DNA of 64,000 nucleotides, taken from the NCBI GenBank assembly GCA_964531975.1, contig CAZHFU010000002.1, positions 74,133-138,132 of the forward strand, read 5' to 3'. Source of the stretch: an uncultured Anaerolinea sp. GTDB taxonomy: Bacteria; Chloroflexota; Anaerolineae; Anaerolineales; UBA4823. Position 1 is the first letter of the stretch. Each line of letters opens with the position of its first letter. The notes under the pieces were generated by a model. The model ran no database searches. It had not been told where the DNA came from and saw only the letters and a program-made list of their open reading frames with translations. Shown in pieces: positions 58,036 to 64,000 of this stretch. Position numbers and translations under genes: made by a program.

Positions 58036-58044
58036 ATTATAGCA
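58036..58044 (-). promoter_or_regulatory. Extended -10 promoter (TGcTATAAT) for the aspS leader
   Basis: The minus strand reads atcaTGcTATAATgc. It starts about 15 nt after the stop of the XRE-cupin gene. Confidence 0.45.
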
Positions 58045-58058
58045 TGATTTTTAATGGT

Positions 58059-58736
58059 TTAATATTGATCTTCCAAGTCCATCGCTTCGGCCCGGTCGAT
58101 AATTTCTTCCTGAGTGCGGGGGTTTTTTCGTCCCGAAGCAATATGAAATTCGGATGGGCGCTCGCCCGGTTCGAAGCCGGCCAAGACGACCAACAGCTGC
58201 GCCGGCACACTGCCGGCGTTACGCCATTTGTGCTGGTATTGGGCCGAGAACAACAGCGTGTCGCCCTGGTTTAGGAGGAATTTTTCGTGTTCCACTTCAT
58301 ATTCCACCTGTCCGTTAAGGCACATCACAAACTCATTACCAGAATGGATCATGCCAAACGGGCCGCTGCCGCAGTTCAGATCGAGCTGCAAAAGAAACGG
58401 CTCCATCGACCCGCTGAAGGTCTCACCGCCCAGCCCCTCCCACTGCCCTTGCGGAAGGGCCACCTGCTTGCGCTCGGCGGCGCGCCGGAAGACAATCGCC
58501 TGACGCGGCGGCTCTAATCGGAAGAAGGCCGTAATGGGCACCTCTAAGGCTTCAGCCAGTTTATGGAGCGTGCTAACCGAAGGGGAAGTTCGGCCGCGTT
58601 CGATCATACTCAGGGCGTTGGTTGATAGCGCGCTGCTGCGCGCCAGGGCGCGCATTGATTTGCCCCGTTCGGTGCGCAGTTGGCGCAGCCGCATCCCAAC
58701 ATCTAACGTCAGGACCTCGTTCGTGAATATATCCAT
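58059..58736 (-). CDS. XRE-family transcriptional regulator with C-terminal cupin domain
   Basis: The HTH domain reads LRQLRTERGKSMRALARSSALSTNALSMIERGRTSPSVSTLHKLAEAL. The cupin domain reads HSGNEFVMCLNGQVEYEV...GDTLLF...HKWRN. Confidence 0.85.
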   Translation of the reverse strand: MDIFTNEVLTLDVGMRLRQLRTERGKSMRALARSSALSTNALSMIERGRTSPSVSTLHKLAEALEVPITAFFRLEPPRQAIVFRRAAERKQVALPQGQWEGLGGETFSGSMEPFLLQLDLNCGSGPFGMIHSGNEFVMCLNGQVEYEVEHEKFLLNQGDTLLFSAQYQHKWRNAGSVPAQLLVVLAGFEPGERPSEFHIASGRKNPRTQEEIIDRAEAMDLEDQY

Positions 58737-58913
58737 TCGACCTCCAAATTGATTGCCCGATTAGTGACATGAAAGTACAAGCATTATACACAATGTTTGC
58801 AAAAAAGTATATTAGTAGACAAAAAAGATGAAGCCGCCTACCGCATGCCAGATCGGATGCTGTCCGAAAAGGCGCTAAACCCGGCAAGCGTTCACGCCGC
58901 AGCTTCCCCAGTT

Positions 58914-59325
58914 TCATCCGTGGCCCGGCCGCGCACCGTCGGGGTCGTAGGCAGAGACCATGCGCCGGACTATATCCGCCATTGGCTGCGGCGGGGCGGG
59001 CCAATGAGGCGCTCACAATTGCATGGGCCGCCGGATCGAGCGGAACCCAGGCGTTCAGATCGAGTTAGCCGGGCGCAGTTGCCTTTACCCCACATCGTTA
59101 AACAATGGCATGATAGGGCGGCTCAGGCGGGCGATAAGCTGGTTGGCTCCTTCGCCGCGCCGGGCGATCCCAGGCGGCGCGTGCGGCGGGGCGTGCACGG
59201 CAGCCCAAGAGATAGGTCTTCGCGGTCAATCGCTCGCCCACATCCGGCGCGATACCCAGAGACACGGCAAACCGGGCCGGGTGGTTTTGCGCCAGGGCGG
59301 CGAAATCATCGAGCAGGCGGGGGCT
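58914..59325 (-). pseudogene. Possible decayed gene remnant (frameshifted fragments)
   Basis: No credible long ORF exists here. Minus-strand translation gives protein-like stretches in three different frames: LLDDFAALAQNHPARFAVSLGIAPDVGERLTAKTYLLGC, GIARRGEGANQLIARLSRPIMPLFNDVG and MADIVRRMVSAYDPDGARPGHG. The listed 197-aa plus-strand ORF is Arg/Pro-rich and looks like shadow noise. Confidence 0.25.
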
Positions 59326-59453
59326 TTATCTTTATAATCCACGGAGAGGAGGCGCGACGGAAAATTTCATCCCCGCTAATCAATAGATGAGACCGCGCGG
59401 CAGTCCAACCCATCAAGGCCTGTCGCGCCCCCGGCGGATGGGGAGGGGTTGCA

Positions 59454-59483
59454 TTGACAATTAGTTTATCAAGGGTCTATAAT
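59454..59483 (+). promoter_or_regulatory. Consensus sigma-70-like promoter (TTGACA - 18 nt - TATAAT) upstream of the ABC operon
   Basis: The -35 ttgaca is at 59454-59459 and the -10 tataat at 59478-59483. A second tataat at 59496-59501 ends 1 nt before the ATG. Confidence 0.55.
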
Positions 59484-59502
59484 CGCGAGGCAGCCTATAA
59501 TT

Positions 59503-60225
59503 ATGAACAACGTCTATTCTCCCACCAGCTCCCCGGAGCCATCCGATTGGTTAATCAACATGCAGCAAGGGGTGAAAGTTTATCCCACCGCCGCCGGCCC
59601 GCTCACCGCCCTTAAAGGCATTACCCTGCAGGTGCGCCGCGGCGCATTCGTGGCGATCTCAGGTAAATCGGGAGCGGGCAAAACCACCCTGATTAATATG
59701 CTCAGTGGGGTAGATCATCTCACCTCCGGTGAAGTGTGGGTGAATGGCGCGCCGCTGCATACGTTGGGTGAAGACGCCCTGGCTAGCTGGCGCGGGGCTA
59801 ACCTGGGCATTATCTACCAATCTTTTTACCTGATGCCAAGCTTGTCGATCATTGATAATGTAATGCTGCCGGTGGATCTGGCCGGGCGCTTCGAGCGCCG
59901 CCGCACACCGCAAGAAGCCCTGGCGCTGCTGCGCCAGGTGGGCCTGGAAGACCACGCCTATAAGCTGCCTTCCGAAATATCGGGCGGACAGCAGCAGCGC
60001 GTGGCCGTGGCCCGCGCCCTGGCAAACGACCCCCCCCTGCTCCTGGCCGATGAACCCACCGGGCGGCTGGATAGCGCCAACGCCGAAAATATCTTCCAAA
60101 TATTTTTAGCCCTGGTGGAACGCGGCAAAACCATCCTGATGGTGACCCACGACGAGAATTTAGCCCAACGCCTCCCCCGCCGCCTGATCCTGGTGGACGG
60201 CGAGATCAGCGAGGCGTTCCCATGA
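59503..60225 (+). CDS. ABC transporter ATP-binding protein (MacB/LolD-type), paralog 1
   Basis: The motifs are Walker A GKSGAGKTT, Q-loop, signature ISGGQQQRVAVARAL, Walker B LLLADEPTGRLD and H-loop MVTHD. Confidence 0.92.
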   Translation: MNNVYSPTSSPEPSDWLINMQQGVKVYPTAAGPLTALKGITLQVRRGAFVAISGKSGAGKTTLINMLSGVDHLTSGEVWVNGAPLHTLGEDALASWRGANLGIIYQSFYLMPSLSIIDNVMLPVDLAGRFERRRTPQEALALLRQVGLEDHAYKLPSEISGGQQQRVAVARALANDPPLLLADEPTGRLDSANAENIFQIFLALVERGKTILMVTHDENLAQRLPRRLILVDGEISEAFP

Positions 60226-60944
60226 CGACCGCAGCCCCTCCCCCGGCCCCGGCGCTGATTCAAATGCAGGCTATCGTCAAGCTCTTCAAGACCCCCGCCG
60301 GTGAATTTCCCGCCCTGCGCGGCGTAACCACCAGCTTTTACCGCGGCGAGTTCGTGAGCGTGGTCGGTAAGTCGGGCAGCGGCAAATCCACCCTGGTTAA
60401 CATGCTTACCGGCATTGACCGGCCCACTTCTGGCTCGGTGTGCATCGAAAACGTGTGCATTCAAAACATGAGCGAAAGCCAAATGTCGGCCTGGCGGGGG
60501 CGCAACCTGGGGATTGTATTTCAGTTTTACCAGCTGCTGCCGATGATGTCGGTGCTGGAAAACGTGCTCCTCCCAATGGAATTCTCCAATCTCATTCCCC
60601 TGGCCGAAAGAGAAGGGCGCGCCCGCGCCCTGCTGGGCCTGGTGGGGCTAGAAAGCGCCGCCGATAAGCTGCCCGGGGCCATTTCGGGCGGGCAGCAGCA
60701 AAGCGCCGCGATCGCGCGCGCCCTGGCGAACGACCCGCCCATCTTAGTGGCCGATGAACCCACCGGCAACCTCGACAGCCGCACCGCCGAGCAGGTGGTC
60801 GATATTTTCTGCGACCTGGTTCAGCAAGGCAAAACCATTGTGATGGTGACCCACGACCCCACCCTGGCGCAGCGCACCACACGCTCCCTGGTTATTGCCG
60901 ATGGCCTATTGATCTCCGATACCCGCAGCGAGCCCTCCGCGTGA
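60222..60944 (+). CDS. ABC transporter ATP-binding protein (MacB/LolD-type), paralog 2
   Basis: The motifs are Walker [10 protein letters not shown], signature [15 protein letters not shown], Walker [13 protein letters not shown] and H-loop MVTHD. The gene has 4-nt ATGA overlaps with both neighbours. Confidence 0.92.
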   Translation: MTTAAPPPAPALIQMQAIVKLFKTPAGEFPALRGVTTSFYRGEFVSVVGKSGSGKSTLVNMLTGIDRPTSGSVCIENVCIQNMSESQMSAWRGRNLGIVFQFYQLLPMMSVLENVLLPMEFSNLIPLAEREGRARALLGLVGLESAADKLPGAISGGQQQSAAIARALANDPPILVADEPTGNLDSRTAEQVVDIFCDLVQQGKTIVMVTHDPTLAQRTTRSLVIADGLLISDTRSEPSA

Positions 60945-63370
60945 ACCGACCTCGCTTCCACAAGGTGCTGCACGATCTGTACGGCAACTGGGCGCGCTCA
61001 CTGCTGGTGGTGGCCTCGATTGCCGTGGGACTGCTATCTGTGGGCATCATCGTCATCCTGCGCATCATTATTACCGATGACATGGTGACGGGCTACCGCA
61101 GCGTCAACCCGGCCGTCATCCAGGTTAACAGCCTGGTCCCTTTCAAAGACGATTTGGTGAAGCATATCGCCCGTGCGCCTGGGGTCGCCCAGGTGGAGGG
61201 GATGCGCATCTTCGCCTCACGCTTACAGACCGCCCCCGACACCTGGACGGCGATTGATATGCACACCGCGCCGGATTTCGACCAGCGCCAGGTGAGCCGG
61301 CGCATCCCCATCGCCGGCAAGTGGCCCCCCGGCGATAAAGAGATCGTCATCGAACAGTTTAAGCTGCCCGAAACCCACGCCGCCCTGGGCGATTTTGTGA
61401 CCATCGAGACCGCCCAGGGGGAGCTGCGCCGGCTGCGCCTGGTGGGGGTGGTGACCGATCAAACCGTGGGCGCTTTCAACCGGGGGCCGGGCTTCTTTTT
61501 AGCGCCGGTGCAAGGCTACATTACCCCCGCGACGGCTGAATGGCTGGGCGAACCTCTGCCCTATCGCTACAACACGCTTTACCTCACCATCCCCGATAGT
61601 CCCGCTGGAGCAGCGGATAATGAAAACAACATTCGCGCCACTGCCTACCGGGTGCGCGACGAGATGGAAAAGATCAACGTACCCATCTCGCACATCGAAA
61701 TTAACGGGCGCAGTAACCATCCCAACCGCCCATATATGGAGGCGCTGACCGGCATTTTGTTCCTGCTGGGCTTTCTGGCGGTCTTTTTGAGCGGGTTCTT
61801 AATTACCAATACCTTGCAAGCCATCGTACAGCAGCAAATTCAACAGATCGGCATTCTCAAAACGCTCGGAGCGCGCAAGTCGCAAATTGTAGTGCTGTAT
61901 ATGGCGCTCATTCTGATGTTCGGACTGGCGGGGGCCTTGATTGCCATCCCCCTGGCGCAGCAAATATCGTTCCAACGCCTGGGCCAATTAACCGCCTCCG
62001 TGAATGTGCACTACCGCGGGGCGCGGCTGGTTCCCCAGGCCATCCTGATCCAGGCTTTCTTAGCAATCATCGTCCCCCAGGTGGCCGCCCTATTTCCTAT
62101 CTTGCAGGGGGCGCAACTGAGCGTGAGCGAAGCGCTGATCGGCATTCGCCAAAGCGGAAAAAGCCGGCGCAGCCGGTTCGACCAGCACATAACCCGCCTC
62201 AAGTTATTTTCGCTTTCCACCCTGCTCTCCATTCGCAACACGTTTCGCCGCACCGGAAGGCTGGCGCTCACCCTGGTGACCCTTTCGTTAGGCGGGGCGA
62301 TCTTCATCGCCACCTTCAACATCCAGGCTTCGATGGATGAGCAGGTAAAGCTGGTTAGCCGTTACTTTCTGGCCGATGTCAACATCACGCTGACCAGCCC
62401 GCGGCGCATACTCGAAGTACAGCGCCTGTTGGGCGATGTTCCCGGCGTGGGCTACGTGGAGGGTTGGGCGGCGGGGCGGGGCGAAATGGTGCTGCCCGAT
62501 AACAGCGCCGGCCCGCCCATCCAGCTGCTCGGCCCACCCGCCAACACCCGCCTGGTAGAACCCCAGGTGCTTAAGGGGCGCTGGGTGCAGCCCGGCGATG
62601 TTTACGCGATCGCCCTCAATGAGCGTTTCTTATTGGATTACCCGCAATATCAGGTGGGCGGCGTCATCCCACTGCGCATCAACGGCAAAGACCGGCTGTG
62701 GACGATTGTCGGTTTCTTCCAATTGGCCGGGAAGAACAGCAGCCTGATTGGCTATACCCACTACGACTCACTCTCCGCCGCCTCTGGTCAGCTCGGCCAG
62801 GCTTTCACCTATCGCGTTGTCGCCGATCAACCCGACCTCTCCGCCGACGCTCAGCGCGCCTTGGGCATTGCCATCGAAAAGCGCCTCAAAGCCGCGGGCG
62901 TGCACGCCGCCGACCTCACTACCGGCAATTTCATCGCCGGCAACGCCGCCCAAGGATTCTCCATCTTAAACGGTTTCTTGCTGTTCCTCGCCACCCTCAC
63001 CGCTATCGTGGGCAGCATCGGCCTGGCCGGTTCGATGAGCCTGAACGTGATGGAACGCACCCGTGAAATTGGCGTACTGCGCGCCATCGGAGCCACCAAC
63101 CGCATCCTGGCGCGCCTGGTGATTTCCGAGGGCGTTTTGGTGGGCGGGATGAGCTGGGTGATTGCCGCCCTGGCGGCCATCCCAATCAGCAAGGTGCTTT
63201 CCGACAGCGTGAGCTATGCCATTTTCGGCAACCCCACCACGCTTCAACTTACCCCCACCGGCTTCTTGTTATGGTTGGGGGCCGTGCTGCTGCTGTCGAT
63301 CTTAGCCGGCGTCATCCCCGCCCGCAGCGCGGCGCAGCTGACGATTCGCGAGGTGTTGGCCTATGAGTAA
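60941..63370 (+). CDS. ABC transporter permease with two FtsX/MacB-type halves (each: TM - extracytoplasmic domain - 3 TM)
   Basis: The 809-aa protein has FtsX-like blocks: IGILKTLGARKSQIVVLYMALILMFGLAGALIAIPLA in the first half and IGVLRAIGATNRILARLVISEGVLVGGMSWVIAALAAIPIS in the second. Confidence 0.88.
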   Translation: MNRPRFHKVLHDLYGNWARSLLVVASIAVGLLSVGIIVILRIIITDDMVTGYRSVNPAVIQVNSLVPFKDDLVKHIARAPGVAQVEGMRIFASRLQTAPDTWTAIDMHTAPDFDQRQVSRRIPIAGKWPPGDKEIVIEQFKLPETHAALGDFVTIETAQGELRRLRLVGVVTDQTVGAFNRGPGFFLAPVQGYITPATAEWLGEPLPYRYNTLYLTIPDSPAGAADNENNIRATAYRVRDEMEKINVPISHIEINGRSNHPNRPYMEALTGILFLLGFLAVFLSGFLITNTLQAIVQQQIQQIGILKTLGARKSQIVVLYMALILMFGLAGALIAIPLAQQISFQRLGQLTASVNVHYRGARLVPQAILIQAFLAIIVPQVAALFPILQGAQLSVSEALIGIRQSGKSRRSRFDQHITRLKLFSLSTLLSIRNTFRRTGRLALTLVTLSLGGAIFIATFNIQASMDEQVKLVSRYFLADVNITLTSPRRILEVQRLLGDVPGVGYVEGWAAGRGEMVLPDNSAGPPIQLLGPPANTRLVEPQVLKGRWVQPGDVYAIALNERFLLDYPQYQVGGVIPLRINGKDRLWTIVGFFQLAGKNSSLIGYTHYDSLSAASGQLGQAFTYRVVADQPDLSADAQRALGIAIEKRLKAAGVHAADLTTGNFIAGNAAQGFSILNGFLLFLATLTAIVGSIGLAGSMSLNVMERTREIGVLRAIGATNRILARLVISEGVLVGGMSWVIAALAAIPISKVLSDSVSYAIFGNPTTLQLTPTGFLLWLGAVLLLSILAGVIPARSAAQLTIREVLAYE

Positions 63371-63488
63371 CCGGCCTAAACGCTGCGCTCCGCAAGAGAA
63401 AGCGGCGCACTTTAGTCGTCTCGCGCCGCCACCGTCTTCCGGGGCTGGTTCCCTGCGAGAGGAACGAAAATAATCGCCAATTCAGGGT

Positions 63489-63494
63489 TATAAT
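63489..63494 (+). promoter_or_regulatory. -10-like TATAAT 8 nt upstream of the kinase ATG (possible leaderless transcript)
   Basis: The sequence reads gggtTATAATcgttaatcATG, with no SD between the box and the start. Confidence 0.3.
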
Positions 63495-63502
63495 CGTTAA
63501 TC

Positions 63503-64000
63503 ATGACAGACGCGCCCCCGCCGGACTTGCAACAACGCATACAAGACCTGGAACGTCAACTGCTCGATGCCCAGGCGCAGCGCGACGCCGCCATCCAAGA
63601 AATGGAAGATCTGGCGCGGTTCATTTCACATGATCTCCGCGCCCCACTGCGCGGCATCGATGGATACAGCCAGGCCCTGGCGCAAGATTACGAAGCCGCC
63701 CTCGACACCCTGGGGAAAGCCTACCTGGGTTTCATTCGCGATTCGAGCCGCTCGGCTTCGCTCATCATCGACCGGCTGCTCACCTATACGCGCACCTTGC
63801 GCGCCCCGTTCAACCCGGAAGAGGTGGATGTGAGCGCCCTGGGCTGCCAAATCGCCACCCGACTACAGGCTTCGCAGCCTGAACGCCAGGCTGCTTTCGA
63901 GATCGCCCCCGACCTGATGCTGTTCGCCGATCCAAAGATGACTGCCACCCTGCTCGACGAGCTGCTTTGCAACGCCTGGAAGTTCACCAACCGCACCCCC
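63503..64000 (+). CDS. Cytoplasmic histidine kinase (coiled coil + HisKA + start of HATPase_c), truncated by window edge
   Basis: Absent from the ORF track because there is no stop in the window. Manual translation gives MTDAPPPDLQQRIQDLERQLLDAQAQRDAAIQEMEDLARFISHDLRAPLRGIDGYSQAL (H-box), and later LLDELLCNAWKFTNRTP (N-box). Confidence 0.85.
   Translation, partial: MTDAPPPDLQQRIQDLERQLLDAQAQRDAAIQEMEDLARFISHDLRAPLRGIDGYSQALAQDYEAALDTLGKAYLGFIRDSSRSASLIIDRLLTYTRTLRAPFNPEEVDVSALGCQIATRLQASQPERQAAFEIAPDLMLFADPKMTATLLDELLCNAWKFTNRTP

Noticed and set aside
58797-59390. A 197-aa plus-strand ORF and a 104-aa ORF in the region between the XRE-cupin gene and the ABC operon.
   Set aside because: Their composition is extremely Arg/Pro/Gly-rich, they have no SD and no recognisable motif. 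The opposite strand shows fragmentary protein-like frames, so the region is treated as a possible pseudogene instead.

Overview
This is a 64 kb GC-rich bacterial chromosomal segment with strong GC bias at codon third positions, which produces many long spurious antisense ORFs in the six-frame track. I call about 50 protein genes, one tRNA-Arg(UCG), several rho-independent terminators and a few promoter-like sites. No transposase, integrase, phage gene, cas gene or rRNA is visible. All product calls rest on motifs I recognise by eye, because no database search was possible.

Gene content, left to right:
- A truncated HAMP-GAF-HisKA_3 sensor kinase.
- A tetrapyrrole block: an epimerase, a triple fusion of SirC-like, CobA and HemD domains, then hemC and hemB. 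The block is split by an A/T-richer insert that encodes a secreted repeat protein.
- A small-membrane-protein, GAF-kinase and NarL-type regulator operon.
- The ffh-rpsP-KH-rimM cluster, followed by dprA, a mannose-1-P guanylyltransferase and topA.
- greA, a dGTPase, ahcY, a PfkB kinase, serA-like and serC.
- A general-stress-like cluster and a K+/H+ antiporter.
- A long minus-strand operon headed by ftsZ.
- A thioredoxin/YbbN-like gene, a secreted carbohydrate-binding protein and an NrtR-like Nudix regulator.
- asnS, aspS and an XRE-cupin regulator.
- An ABC exporter with two distinct ATPases and one double-FtsX permease.
- A truncated HisKA kinase at the right edge.

The most interesting region is 35.3-50.2 kb. 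There ftsZ is not next to ftsQ or ftsA. Instead it is packed or translationally coupled with three small uncharacterised proteins, an ~1860-aa all-TPR protein, a TPR plus clan-CD (C25/gingipain-like) peptidase-like protein, and a class-A beta-lactamase-like serine hydrolase.

Other items worth a second look:
- A 15-copy 15/16-bp tandem repeat between hemC and hemB.
- A CRISPR-like pair of 28-bp direct repeats with a 33-bp spacer.
- A terminator/antiterminator leader upstream of aspS.
- Probable leaderless starts.
- A decayed gene remnant.

Lineage cannot be established without a search. The gene style is reminiscent of Chloroflexota or other monoderm-like high-GC lineages, and that is inference only.
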